Part shown: positions 32,157 through 41,471 of the stretch, piece after piece
Numbering within the stretch: position 1 is the stretch's first letter
Layout of the letters: every line of letters starts with the position of its first letter
Assembly (NCBI GenBank): GCA_963928595.1
Contig: CAWVFK010000043.1
Span: 1,995-65,994, forward strand
DNA from: Candidatus Coprosoma sp.
GTDB lineage: Bacteria; Bacillota_I; Bacilli_A; RF39; UBA660
Direction: 5' to 3'
Length of the DNA stretch: 64,000 bases
Program-made: the position numbers and the translations under genes
Notes under the pieces: model-generated
Told to the model about the DNA's origin: nothing
The model's input: only the letters and a program-made list of their open reading frames with translations
The model's database searches: none

Positions 32157-33894
32157 AGATGAATTTATAAAGTATTTTGAAAAAAATGGACATAAACAAA
32201 TTCCAAGTGCACCTATAGTACCAGAAAACGATCCAACAGTTTTATTTAATACGGCAGGTATGCAACCACTCGTACCTTATTTGATGGGAGAAAAACATCC
32301 TTATGGCAAAAGACTTTGTGATTATCAAAAATGTGTTAGACTGACTGATTTGGATGAAATTGGTGATAAAACACATCATACTTTTTTTGAAATGTTAGGT
32401 AATTGGAGTTTAGGTGATTATTTTAAAAAAGAAGCTATTGGATATAGTTTTGAATTTTTGACTAAGGTTTTAAATATTCCAGTAGAAAGACTTGCGGTTA
32501 CAGTATTTGAAGGTAATGATAAGATTCCACGCGATGAAGTGGCTGCTAATCGTTGGAGAGAACTTGGTATTAGTGATGATAGGATTGCTTATTTAGGTAT
32601 TGGTGATAATTTCTGGATTGCTGGAGATGCTGGTCCTTGTGGTGGAGATACAGAAATATTTTATTTTAGAAGTGACGATGAGATTCCAGAAAAATTTGAA
32701 CCTGAAGATGATAGATGGGTTGAAATTTGGAATAATGTATTTATGGAATTTTATAAAGATGAGAATGGAAATATATCTGAGCTAAAACAGAAAAACGTCG
32801 ATACTGGTATGGGATTAGAACGTATTGTAGCTGTTTTAGAAGGTGTGGATGATAACTATAAGAGTTCTATTTGGTTAGATGTAATTAGTCTTTTAGAAAA
32901 GATTACTGGTTTTTCTTATGATGGTAATGAGAAAGCAATGAGAATTGTAGCTGATCATATTAGAACAGCCGTGTTTATTGCGGCAGATCCGGCTGGTATT
33001 AAACCAAGTAATACTGATCAAGGTTATATTTTAAGAAGATTAATTAGAAGAGCTATTCGTCAAGCTAGAAAATTAGGTATAGATATTAATAGTGATTGGG
33101 ATGAACAGCTTGCTTTACTTATTATTAGTAAATATGAAAAATATTATAGCGAACTTAAAGATAATAAACAAGTAGTATTAGATGTTCTAGCTAACGAGAA
33201 AAAGAAGTTTAGTAGAACTTTGGAAAAAGGTTTAAGAGAGTTTGAAAAGTTAGTTAAAGGTGATACTAAAGTAATTAATAAGGATACCTCTTTTAAATTA
33301 TACGATACTTATGGTTTTCCGATTGAACTTACTTTAGAGGAAGCAAAAGATAGAGGTATGGATGTCGATGTGGATGGCTTTTATGAAAAATTTAGAGAAC
33401 ATCAAGAAAAATCAAGAACGGCTTCTAAAGGTAAATTTAAAGGAGGTCTATCTGGAAATAGTGAGATAGAAACTAAATATCATACAGCTACTCATTTACT
33501 TAATGCAGCTTTAAAGAAGGTTATTGGACCAGGGGTTCATCAACTCGGTAGTAATATTACTCCTGAGAGATTAAGATTTGATTTTCCTTGTGATCATAAA
33601 ATGACTGATGAAGAGAAGAGACAAACGGAAGATTTAGTTAATAAATGGATTGAAGAAGATATTCCGGTTGAGAAACTAGAAATGACTAAGAATGAAGCTA
33701 TTAAATCTGGAGCTGAATGTACTTTTATAGATAGATATCCCGATTTGGTTACGGTTTATAAAATTGGTGATGTTTCAATGGAATTATGTGGTGGTCCACA
33801 TATTAGTCATACGGGAGAACTAGGACATTTTAAAATAAAAAAAGAAGAAGCTAGTAGTGCGGGTGTTAGAAGAATAAAAGCTATTTTGGAATAG
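32146..33894 (+). CDS. alaS: Alanine--tRNA ligase, short form (catalytic + editing domains, no C-Ala domain)
   Basis: 582 aa with class II AlaRS motifs NDPTVLFNTAGMQP, HHTFFEMLGNWSLGDYFK, GPCGGDTEIFY, DTGMGLERI. The editing domain has HTATH and CGGPH and ends at GVRRIKAILE. The ORF overlaps the upstream gene by 11 nt. Confidence 0.85.
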   Translation: MNIRDEFIKYFEKNGHKQIPSAPIVPENDPTVLFNTAGMQPLVPYLMGEKHPYGKRLCDYQKCVRLTDLDEIGDKTHHTFFEMLGNWSLGDYFKKEAIGYSFEFLTKVLNIPVERLAVTVFEGNDKIPRDEVAANRWRELGISDDRIAYLGIGDNFWIAGDAGPCGGDTEIFYFRSDDEIPEKFEPEDDRWVEIWNNVFMEFYKDENGNISELKQKNVDTGMGLERIVAVLEGVDDNYKSSIWLDVISLLEKITGFSYDGNEKAMRIVADHIRTAVFIAADPAGIKPSNTDQGYILRRLIRRAIRQARKLGIDINSDWDEQLALLIISKYEKYYSELKDNKQVVLDVLANEKKKFSRTLEKGLREFEKLVKGDTKVINKDTSFKLYDTYGFPIELTLEEAKDRGMDVDVDGFYEKFREHQEKSRTASKGKFKGGLSGNSEIETKYHTATHLLNAALKKVIGPGVHQLGSNITPERLRFDFPCDHKMTDEEKRQTEDLVNKWIEEDIPVEKLEMTKNEAIKSGAECTFIDRYPDLVTVYKIGDVSMELCGGPHISHTGELGHFKIKKEEASSAGVRRIKAILE

Positions 33895-33966
33895 CTTTTA
33901 TTTGTGTTGATTTGACAAATTTGTTATTGGTGTTATAATACGTACAAATTTAAGGAGAGTGAAATT

Positions 33967-34347
33967 ATGCTTAGCGAAAACTCGAGAAATGAATGGACAA
34001 GAAGAATCGAGGCTGGTGTATCTTTATATTGTGCACCTAGATGTATAACAGAAGATAAAGCGTTAGTTTTACTTGCAGTAGCTAAAGATGGTAGTAATTT
34101 AGAGTTTGCTAGTGAAGAGTTAAAACAAGATGTGGATATTGTATCTATTGCAATAAAACAAAATTTAGAATATTTAAAATATGCTGATAAAGGATTACAA
34201 TCTTTGATTATTTTAAAAGGTTTAGAAGCAGTTAAAAAAGAAAATAGTCTTCCTGATTTAACTCCTTTATTGGAGGCTATTATCTATGGAGATATGGATG
34301 ATGCGGTGGAATTGGAAAATGAAAAAGAACGACAAAAAACCAAATAA
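33967..34347 (+). CDS. DUF4116-like repeat protein
   Basis: 126 aa with repeated A.LLAVAKDGSNLEFASEELKQDVDIVSIAIKQNLEYLKYA pattern. A TTGACA-16-TATAAT promoter lies at 33912-33939. Confidence 0.5.
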   Translation: MLSENSRNEWTRRIEAGVSLYCAPRCITEDKALVLLAVAKDGSNLEFASEELKQDVDIVSIAIKQNLEYLKYADKGLQSLIILKGLEAVKKENSLPDLTPLLEAIIYGDMDDAVELENEKERQKTK

Positions 34348-34434
34348 TATAAAGACTATTTATATGGCAATTTATGGTCATTGACAAATAGTCTTTTTTT
34401 TGAGAAAATGATAATGTTTAAGGAGGGGATGACC

Positions 34435-34764
34435 ATGCTTCAAGAAAGATTATTACTTACACCAAAAGATATTTTGGAAAAAGAGTTTAAAATCGATACG
34501 AGAGGTTATAGACCCCAAGAGGTAGATAAATTCTTAGATGAAGTAATAAGTGATTATGATGAAATGATTTCAATGATTAAGGATTTAGAAAGAGAAAAGA
34601 AAGATTTAATTGACGAAAATATTAGATTAAAACAGGAAGTACGTAATGCGAGAACTAAGTTAGATGTTTTAAGAAACGCAGCTCCAACTGAGGTGTCTAA
34701 TGCGGATTTATTAAGACGTCTTTCTAATCTTGAAAAGATAATTTATGGAGAAACCAATAAATAA
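34435..34764 (+). CDS. gpsB: Cell-cycle protein GpsB (DivIVA-domain)
   Basis: LTPKDILEKEFK...RGY...EVD.FLD.V..DY followed by a coiled coil. The start is placed at MLQERL (ATG 34435), 8 nt after AGGAGG. Confidence 0.8.
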   Translation: MLQERLLLTPKDILEKEFKIDTRGYRPQEVDKFLDEVISDYDEMISMIKDLEREKKDLIDENIRLKQEVRNARTKLDVLRNAAPTEVSNADLLRRLSNLEKIIYGETNK

Positions 34765-35118
34765 TATTTTGGCAAACGCTGCATTCTTAGTAATGTAGAG
34801 GAAAGTCCATGCTTACACAGTCTGTGATGACTGTAGTGTTTGTGCATAGGGAAAAGATAACCTATGGTAGTTTTTTGACTAACGGCGAGGCTTAACCTAA
34901 GTCTTTTGGATATGGGGCTGCTTCATAAAGTGCCGCAGTGACGATGCTTTTAGAAATAAAAGAGTGAAACGTGGTAAACCCCGCAAGTAAGAAACCCAAA
35001 TTTTGGTAGGGGAACCTAATAAGAGAGAATATACGAATTTCTTATGGGATTGCTTTTAGCAATAGATAAATGTTTGCCGCCTAGAGATAGGAACAGAACA
35101 TGGCTTATAAAATATTAT
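34761..35118 (+). ncRNA. rnpB: RNase P RNA, type B (Bacillus-like)
   Basis: Conserved blocks GAGGAAAGTCCATGC (from 34798), GTGAAACGTGGTAAACCCC, AAGAAACCCAAAT..GGTAGGGG and ACAGAACATGGCTTAT. The P1 helix is ATAATATTTT (34761-34770) pairing with AAAATATTAT (35109-35118). The P2 helix is GGCAAAC pairing with GTTTGCC. Confidence 0.93.
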
Positions 35119-35144
35119 TTTTGGTATATTAAGGAAGGATTATA

Positions 35145-35615
35145 ATGAAAGAGATTGGCGCAAAGTTAAAAGAAGCCCGAGAAAGCATTGGTGTTTCAAT
35201 TGAAGAAGTGGCTGAAGATTTAAAATTAAGGCCATCTCAAATAGAAAACATCGAAGCTGGAAATACGGAAGCTTTTAAAGATATGTTTTATTTAAAATAT
35301 TTTATTAGAGATTATGCAAAATATTTAGGGTTAGATAAAGAAGACTTAATCGATGAATTTAATGAGTATTTATTTGATTATACTTCAAGGCTTTCTTTAG
35401 AAGATATTAAAGCAGCTAAGAAAAGTAAAAAAGAAACAAAAAAAATCAAATCACCTTATACTATGGAAAGAAAAAATAAAACTTCACTTATTATGTTTGG
35501 AATTTATGTGATTATAGCACTTTTAATTGCTCTAATAATTTATTTAATAATTAGTTTAAATACGTCAGAAAATGATGATTTTGTCGAAGGCACTATTATT
35601 ACAGAAAGTAGGTAG
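35145..35615 (+). CDS. RodZ-like HTH (XRE-type) membrane protein
   Basis: N-terminal HTH (IGAKLKEARESIGVSIEEVAEDLKLR), YLK.F.R.YA..LGLD, a basic linker and a single TM segment. Confidence 0.6.
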   Translation: MKEIGAKLKEARESIGVSIEEVAEDLKLRPSQIENIEAGNTEAFKDMFYLKYFIRDYAKYLGLDKEDLIDEFNEYLFDYTSRLSLEDIKAAKKSKKETKKIKSPYTMERKNKTSLIMFGIYVIIALLIALIIYLIISLNTSENDDFVEGTIITESR

Positions 35616-35621
35616 TAGATT

Positions 35622-36221
35622 ATGAATTTACCAAATAAATTAACAATGACGAGAATTGTAATGACTTTTTTAATTATTTTAATTTTATTATTTCCATTTT
35701 CAGCAATGGGAATTAATGTAACGCAACTTTTTATTAATGAATCTATAAGAGTAGATATTCGTTATCCAATAGCTGGAATATTATTTATTTTAGCTTCATT
35801 TACTGATTTTGTCGATGGTTATATTGCGCGTTCTCGTAATTTGATTACCGACTTTGGTAAGATGATGGATGCAATTGCGGATAAGATCTTAGTTAATTCA
35901 ATTTTAATTATATTATGCGCACAAGGATTTATTCATCCAGTGATTCCAGTAGTTATTATTGTTAGAGATACAATTGTTGATTCAATTAAAATGGTGGCTG
36001 GTTCTAAGGGAAATGTAGTAGCCGCTATTAAGACCGGTAAATTTAAGACAGCTTCATTAATGATTGGTATTGTACTTACTTTGTTCTATAATTTACCATT
36101 TGAATTATGGAATATTCATATTTCGGACTTCTTACTTATTGTAGCATGTGTACTTTCAATTATTTCTGGAATTCAATATTTTGCAATGAATAAAAAGTAT
36201 ATATTTGATGAAGGAATGTAA
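35622..36221 (+). CDS. pgsA: CDP-diacylglycerol--glycerol-3-phosphate 3-phosphatidyltransferase
   Basis: CDP-alcohol phosphatidyltransferase motif DG..AR......G...D...DK (DGYIARSRNLITDFGKMMDAIADK) with multiple TM segments. Confidence 0.88.
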   Translation: MNLPNKLTMTRIVMTFLIILILLFPFSAMGINVTQLFINESIRVDIRYPIAGILFILASFTDFVDGYIARSRNLITDFGKMMDAIADKILVNSILIILCAQGFIHPVIPVVIIVRDTIVDSIKMVAGSKGNVVAAIKTGKFKTASLMIGIVLTLFYNLPFELWNIHISDFLLIVACVLSIISGIQYFAMNKKYIFDEGM

Positions 36222-36248
36222 AAGTTCCTTTTTAAATATTATTTTTTT

Positions 36249-36260
36249 GAACAAATGTTC
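36249..36260 (+). promoter_or_regulatory. LexA (DinR) SOS box upstream of recA
   Basis: GAACAAATGTTC is a perfect Gram-positive Cheo-box core (GAAC-N4-GTTC). It lies 10 nt upstream of the recA -35. Confidence 0.65.
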
Positions 36261-36269
36261 GCAAAAGTG

Positions 36270-36298
36270 TTGACAATTTATTTTAGATATTATAAAAT
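36270..36298 (+). promoter_or_regulatory. recA promoter
   Basis: TTGACA (36270-36275), 17-nt spacer, TAAAAT (36293-36298). Confidence 0.55.
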
Positions 36299-36327
36299 GT
36301 GATTGTAGGAGCGAAGGAGGAAAATAA

Positions 36328-37326
36328 ATGGCAAAATCAACTAGTGAAGCTGATCAAAATTTAAAACAGGTTTTAGCTGATATTGAAAAACAATTTGGCA
36401 AAGGATCATTAATGCGTTTAGGCGATAATGATCATAGGGAAATAGATGTGATTTCTAGTGGTAGTGTTGCTTTAGATGTAGCTTTAGGTATTGGAGGATA
36501 TCCTAAAGGAAGAATTATAGAAATATTTGGACCTGAGTCTAGTGGTAAAACAACGTTTGCTCTTCATGCGATTGCGGAAGCGCAAAAAGCTGGTGGCAAA
36601 GCCGCATTTATTGATGCAGAAAATTCTTTGGATCCACAATATGCAGCAAGATTAGGTGTAGATATAAATGAACTATTACTTTCACAACCAGATAATGGTG
36701 AACAAGCTTTAGAGATTACCGAGGCTTTGGTACGTAGTGGAGCAATTAGTGTTATTGTAATCGATTCAGTAGCGGCATTAGTTCCTAAAGCGGAAATAGA
36801 GGGAGAAATGGGTGATTCGCAAGTTGGACTTCAAGCTAGACTTATGAGTAAAGCCCTTAGAAAACTTGCTAGTGTTATTAATAAAACAAATACTATTGCA
36901 ATTTTTATTAATCAATTAAGAGAAAAGGTTGGAGTGGTTTATGGTAATCCAGAGGTAACTCCTGGAGGAAGAGCTTTAAAGTTTTATTCTTCTATTAGAC
37001 TTGATATTAGAAGAAGTGAACAAATAAAACTTGGTGCGGAGATTGTCGGTAATAAAGTAAAAGTTAAGGTAGTTAAAAATAAGATGGCGCCACCTTTTAA
37101 AACTTGTGAAGTCGATATTATGTATGGAACTGGTATTTCACATGAGGGAGAACTTATTGATTTAGGATCTCAAGCTGATATTATTCAAAAATCTGGTGCT
37201 TGGTATTCATATAACGGTGAAAAAATTGGTCAAGGAAAAGAGAATACTAAGGAATATTTAAAGGCTAATCCTAAAATTGAAGAAGAAATTAATAAAAAGG
37301 TTCGTGAACACTATAATATGAAATAA
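36328..37326 (+). CDS. recA: Recombinase RecA
   Basis: 332 aa with GPESSGKTT (Walker A), [10 protein letters not shown] (Walker B) and the L1/L2 loop regions. Confidence 0.98.
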   Translation: MAKSTSEADQNLKQVLADIEKQFGKGSLMRLGDNDHREIDVISSGSVALDVALGIGGYPKGRIIEIFGPESSGKTTFALHAIAEAQKAGGKAAFIDAENSLDPQYAARLGVDINELLLSQPDNGEQALEITEALVRSGAISVIVIDSVAALVPKAEIEGEMGDSQVGLQARLMSKALRKLASVINKTNTIAIFINQLREKVGVVYGNPEVTPGGRALKFYSSIRLDIRRSEQIKLGAEIVGNKVKVKVVKNKMAPPFKTCEVDIMYGTGISHEGELIDLGSQADIIQKSGAWYSYNGEKIGQGKENTKEYLKANPKIEEEINKKVREHYNMK

Positions 37327-37364
37327 AACTGATAAGTTTTAAAAACCTATCAGTTTTATTTTGA
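37325..37364 (+). terminator. Rho-independent terminator after recA
   Basis: Perfect 10-bp stem AAAACTGATA (37325-37334) pairing with TATCAGTTTT (37348-37357), then ATTTTG. Confidence 0.65.
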
Positions 37365-37414
37365 CTTTTATATATTTTTTAGATATAATTGTTTTAGAAT
37401 ATGGAGGGATTTTT

Positions 37415-37984
37415 ATGGATGATAAGAAAGATGTAATAAATAATAGTGAAAATCAAGCAAATGATAATATGGATTATAGTTTTGACTTTGCTAATCAAGT
37501 AGATGCTAATACAGCTCCAGTAACACCTGAAGTTACGCCTGCTACTCCTGAAAATACTGTAACTTTGGAGACGCCGGCTACAGATAATGTGGCTGCGACA
37601 CCGGTTGCTGAAAATGCTGTTCCAGAAGCTTCAACTACGGAAATTGTTACTCCAGAGGCAGCTACTAATACACAAGAAACAATATCTAATGTAGAAGTAA
37701 CATCTGCTCCAGAGGTAACACCAACACCTGAAAATAGTGTTACTCCTGAAACTGCGCCAGAACAGACGACAACAGATGCTGCTAATGCAGACGGTATTCC
37801 AGTGATGTCTGGAGTGGCTCCTGTTACTCCTGAAACAGTGGGCACGGCTGAGAATAATTCTGAAGAAGAAAGTTTAGAATTAATTAAAGATAAAAAAGCC
37901 ACAAAAAGATTTTTGATTATATTGTTTGTTTTACTTTTAGTATTTATTATTGCTTTACCATTTATATTTAATGTTGCGGGATAA
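37415..37984 (+). CDS. Tail-anchored protein with T/P/E/V-rich low-complexity region
   Basis: Start MDDKKD (ATG 37415) after the GGAGGG RBS. About 130 aa of TPE/VTPE-like repeats precede a C-terminal TM segment (FLIILFVLLLVFIIALPFIF). Confidence 0.6.
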   Translation: MDDKKDVINNSENQANDNMDYSFDFANQVDANTAPVTPEVTPATPENTVTLETPATDNVAATPVAENAVPEASTTEIVTPEAATNTQETISNVEVTSAPEVTPTPENSVTPETAPEQTTTDAANADGIPVMSGVAPVTPETVGTAENNSEEESLELIKDKKATKRFLIILFVLLLVFIIALPFIFNVAG

Positions 37985-37996
37985 TAATTATCCCTT

Positions 37997-38635
37997 TTAT
38001 TTTTGTTTAATTATTTTAAAAATATTATATATTTTTTGGAAATTATCATTTGTTTTGTTAATTTCTTTTTTTAATTTTTCATAAGCTCGATTAATATTTG
38101 TCTCTGGAGCATTAAAACATTCTAAGCATAGATAGTTTAGCTTTTGAATGTTCTTTTGTCTATATATTTCATCTAGTTCTTTATGAATAAATTGCTCATG
38201 TTCAGTTTCAAATCTGGTTTTAAAAGGATTTATTTTAGATTTTTTGATAATTTGATAATTTAACTTTGTTTCTCTTTGAAATTTGAGTATTTCTACCACA
38301 TCATCTTGTTCATCTGGTAGTAACGAACTTTTAAGATGAACTATCCTATCTTTATTTAATTTAATAGCAATAGCTTCATATTCATTGCCAATAATAATTG
38401 TATATTTTATTTTAGCAATACTGTTTTGTTTAAATCTTTCAGCTTTGATATTGAAGTATTTTAAGGTGTCTTCATTAAATTTTACTGTATTATTTTTAAT
38501 ATCTAAAAGTTGCTTATTATTGACTTTAATTATTGGAATTTTACGCATGTGGTAGATATTATCACTTTTATTCCAATCGTAGAAATCATAATATTCTTTT
38601 TGAAAATTTAATACAACATCATATATGTAGTTCAT
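37997..38635 (-). CDS. Hypothetical cytoplasmic protein (DUF3603/YqhG-like by N-terminal pattern; tentative)
   Basis: Start MNYIYDVVLNF (ATG complement at 38635), 8 nt after AGGAGG. Overlaps the upstream small membrane ORF by 17 nt. Confidence 0.55.
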   Translation of the reverse strand: MNYIYDVVLNFQKEYYDFYDWNKSDNIYHMRKIPIIKVNNKQLLDIKNNTVKFNEDTLKYFNIKAERFKQNSIAKIKYTIIIGNEYEAIAIKLNKDRIVHLKSSLLPDEQDDVVEILKFQRETKLNYQIIKKSKINPFKTRFETEHEQFIHKELDEIYRQKNIQKLNYLCLECFNAPETNINRAYEKLKKEINKTNDNFQKIYNIFKIIKQK

Positions 38636-38852
38636 TTTTTTTGCCTCCTGGAAGAAAAATTGCAAGGAATGTAATAATTAGACCAATTGGCCCAATTAGA
38701 CATTCAATACTACTACTTATAAACTTTACATATTCACTGAAATTATACCCAATAGTCATTAAATTTAAGTAGCTTATAGTAAAAACAAATCCAACTACAC
38801 TGAAACCAAAACCAATTAAGAAAAAAACAATTCGTGCTATCATTATAATCAT
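38619..38852 (-). CDS. Small hypothetical membrane protein (77 aa, 2-3 TM)
   Basis: Hydrophobic ORF co-oriented with and overlapping the downstream gene. No recognisable motif. Confidence 0.45.
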   Translation of the reverse strand: MIIMIARIVFFLIGFGFSVVGFVFTISYLNLMTIGYNFSEYVKFISSSIECLIGPIGLIITFLAIFLPGGKKNELHI

Positions 38853-38954
38853 CCTTCTATAATTAAGTTTATTATTTTATAGTTAAATTTTTACTTATAA
38901 AGTCTCACTTGAACAAATAAAAAAGAAAATGTTATAATAATTAAGGTGGTAAGT

Positions 38955-39680
38955 ATGGATTATAAGTTTACGATAGATAAGTTTCAAGGTCCGTTAGATT
39001 TATTGCTGCATCTAATTAAAGAGGCTGATATTGATATATTTGATATTAATGTTGCTGAGATAACTGATCAATATTTAAAGTATATAGAAAGTATGGAAAC
39101 ACTTAATTTAAATATTGATAGTGAGTATTTAGTAATGGCGGCTGAACTTATAGAAATGAAGTCAAGAGAACTTTTACCTAATGAAGAAAACGATGATTCT
39201 GATGATTATGTAGAGGATCCGAAGGAGCAATTAATTAATAGATTAATACAATATCAAAAGTATAAGCAAGTGGCTTCAGAGTTTAAAAATCTAGAGGAAG
39301 ATCGTAAACTTATGTATTCAAAAATACCTAGTGAATTAAATGAATTTAAAAATGATGATGTCTTAATTAGCGATGATATATCTTTGAATGATTTAGTACA
39401 AGCTTTTATGGCCTTTCAAAAGCGAAAAGAGCTTGATAAACCACTTAATACCGTGGTGACTAGGAAAGAATATTCGGTACGTGTAAGATGCCGTGATATA
39501 ATGAATAAGTTAAAGAAGAATAAGAAAATTAATTTTACAGATTTATTTGATATTAGAAGTAAAGATTATGTGGTAGTTACTTTTTTGGCAATATTGGATT
39601 TGGCTAAAAGTGGTAGATTAAAAATTAAACAGGATAGAAATTTAGATGAAATAACACTGTTTGCTGAAGGGGAAATGTAG
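38955..39680 (+). CDS. scpA: Segregation and condensation protein A
   Basis: N-terminal F.GPLDLLLHLI......DI.D...A.IT.QYL. Followed by scpB. Confidence 0.88.
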   Translation: MDYKFTIDKFQGPLDLLLHLIKEADIDIFDINVAEITDQYLKYIESMETLNLNIDSEYLVMAAELIEMKSRELLPNEENDDSDDYVEDPKEQLINRLIQYQKYKQVASEFKNLEEDRKLMYSKIPSELNEFKNDDVLISDDISLNDLVQAFMAFQKRKELDKPLNTVVTRKEYSVRVRCRDIMNKLKKNKKINFTDLFDIRSKDYVVVTFLAILDLAKSGRLKIKQDRNLDEITLFAEGEM

Positions 39681-39681
39681 A

Positions 39682-40239
39682 GTGAAGTTGAAAGCAATTT
39701 TAGAAGGCCTGCTGTTTGTAGTAGGGGATGAAGGAATTTCAAGGGAAAAATTATTGAATATTTTAGATGTTTCTGAGGAAGAACTTCAAAAACTAATAGA
39801 TGATTATTTTATGGATTTAAATAAAGAAGATAGGGGGTTAAGTTTAGAAAGATATAATGACAATTATAAATTAGTTACAAAAAGGGAACATGCAGATTAT
39901 TATAAGAAATTAGTTGATGTAGAAATTTCAGATACACTTAGCCCGGCAGCTTTGGAAACTTTAGCCATTATTGCTTATAATCAGCCAATAACTAGATTAA
40001 TGGTAGATGAAATTAGAGGAGTATCTTCGGTATATGTAATGCGACGACTTATTTTGAAAAATTTAATTAAAGAAGTGGGAAGATCAGAACTTCCAGGAAG
40101 ACCAATTTTATATGGAGTGACTGACCAGTTTTTAGATTATTTTGGATTAAAGTCATTAGATGAATTACCAGAGATTGATGAAGAAAAACCAATTGAAACT
40201 AAAGAGTTATTTTCTTCGAAATATAAGGAAGAAGAATGA
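39682..40239 (+). CDS. scpB: Segregation and condensation protein B
   Basis: LEGLLFVVGDEG, LS.AALETLAIIAYNQPITR, IRGV, GRPILYGVT..FL..FGL. The GTG start lies 1 nt after the scpA stop. Confidence 0.88.
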   Translation: MKLKAILEGLLFVVGDEGISREKLLNILDVSEEELQKLIDDYFMDLNKEDRGLSLERYNDNYKLVTKREHADYYKKLVDVEISDTLSPAALETLAIIAYNQPITRLMVDEIRGVSSVYVMRRLILKNLIKEVGRSELPGRPILYGVTDQFLDYFGLKSLDELPEIDEEKPIETKELFSSKYKEEE

Positions 40240-41186
40240 AAGAATTAATATTATTAATTTTTGGCTTAATATTAATTGTTAAGGCAGCTGATGTTTTGGT
40301 TAGCGCTGCTTCATCTTTAGCTTTAAGGTTTAATGTTCCCAAGATGTTAGTAGCACTTACTATTATGGCTTTTGGAACATGTGCGCCTGAGGTGGCAATA
40401 TCTTTTCAAAGTGTTCAAAATGGTAATGGTCAGATAGCTTTTGCTAATGTGGTTGGTAGTTGTATTGTCAATGTATTTTTAATTATTGGGGTTGCGGCAT
40501 TTATTAAACCGATAAAGGTTAAACATGCAACGATAAAAAAAGAATTACCTATTTTAGTTTTAATTACTACAGTGTTTTCAATTTTGATGCTTGATAGAAT
40601 GTTTGATCCATTTACAAGTAATATTTTTTCTAGACCGGACGGATTTGTTTTACTTTTATTTTTTAGTGTGTTTGTCAGTTATTTGATAGGTTTGGTAAAA
40701 AAAGGCGCCGATAAAGAAAATACTGATGAAATACAGTATGGAGCTTTTATGTCAATTCTTTTAATTATTTTGGCTTTGTTAATTACTATTTTTAGTAGTG
40801 ATTTGATTGTTAATAATGCTATTGCTTTAGCTAATGAACTAAATATAAGTAAAAAAATAATAACGATGGTAATAATTGTTATAGGTACAAGTTTACCGGA
40901 ACTAGTAATGACAGTTACGAGTGCAAGAAAAGGCGAATTTGATATGGCAGTTGGCAATATAATTGGGACTAACATATTTAATATATGTGTTGTACTTGGA
41001 CTTCCTGTAGTTATTTATGGTAATGTTGATTTAGGTGGTTTTAATTTTGCCGATATTTTAGTAGTATTTTTATCTTCGTTTTTTCTTTATGTGTTCGCCA
41101 AAAGCGAGAGGATTATCAGTAGAAGAGAAGCCATGTTTATGATTTGTATATTTGTAATATATTATGTTTATTTATTTATAGTATAA
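40236..41186 (+). CDS. Calcium/sodium antiporter (CaCA family, YrbG-like)
   Basis: 316 aa, about 10 TM segments, with two alpha-repeats (GTCAPE...ANVVGSCIVNVFLIIG and GTSLPEL...GNIIGTNIFNI). Confidence 0.82.
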   Translation: MKELILLIFGLILIVKAADVLVSAASSLALRFNVPKMLVALTIMAFGTCAPEVAISFQSVQNGNGQIAFANVVGSCIVNVFLIIGVAAFIKPIKVKHATIKKELPILVLITTVFSILMLDRMFDPFTSNIFSRPDGFVLLLFFSVFVSYLIGLVKKGADKENTDEIQYGAFMSILLIILALLITIFSSDLIVNNAIALANELNISKKIITMVIIVIGTSLPELVMTVTSARKGEFDMAVGNIIGTNIFNICVVLGLPVVIYGNVDLGGFNFADILVVFLSSFFLYVFAKSERIISRREAMFMICIFVIYYVYLFIV

Positions 41187-41229
41187 ATTATTTTGATTTT
41201 GTAAATATTTATGCTATAATATTCTTGTT

Positions 41230-41315
41230 GCTTGTGTGGCGGAATTGGTAGACGCGCACGACTCAAAATCGTGTGGCCTTTGGTCATGTGGGTTCGATTC
41301 CCACCACGAGCACCA
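41230..41315 (+). tRNA. tRNA-Leu (anticodon CAA), encoded CCA
   Basis: 86 nt. The acceptor stem GCTTGTG pairs with CACGAGC (one G-U). The anticodon stem CACGA/TCGTG carries the loop CTCAAAA. The long variable arm is Leu class II, the T arm is GTGGG-TTCGATT-CCCAC, and the 3' end is ACCA. Confidence 0.95.
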
Positions 41316-41325
41316 AATATGAAAT

Positions 41326-41357
41326 AAATTTCCTTATGTTTTAAGGAAATTTTTTAA
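41326..41357 (+). terminator. Rho-independent terminator after tRNA-Leu
   Basis: Perfect 11-bp stem AAATTTCCTTA (41326-41336) pairing with TAAGGAAATTT (41342-41352), 5-nt loop, T-rich tail. Confidence 0.7.
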
Positions 41358-41471
41358 TTTACCTTTGATGTATCACTGCTGAGGTGATTATTAAAATTAT
41401 TCTGATATTAATCTTTAAATAAATGTTTATGTGATATAATGAAATAATGTTAAAAGAAAGAAGGAATAAAA

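Noticed and set aside
32100-32160. T-box riboswitch leader upstream of the alaS-like gene.
   Set aside because: The alaS-like start overlaps the upstream coding region by 11 nt, so there is no room for a 200-300-nt leader.
37495-37902. 135-aa antisense ORF rich in S/G/V/T/A opposite the T/P/E-rich protein gene.
   Set aside because: It is a mirror artefact of the repetitive codon composition of the sense-strand low-complexity region. The sense ORF has the RBS, a start in context and a C-terminal TM segment.
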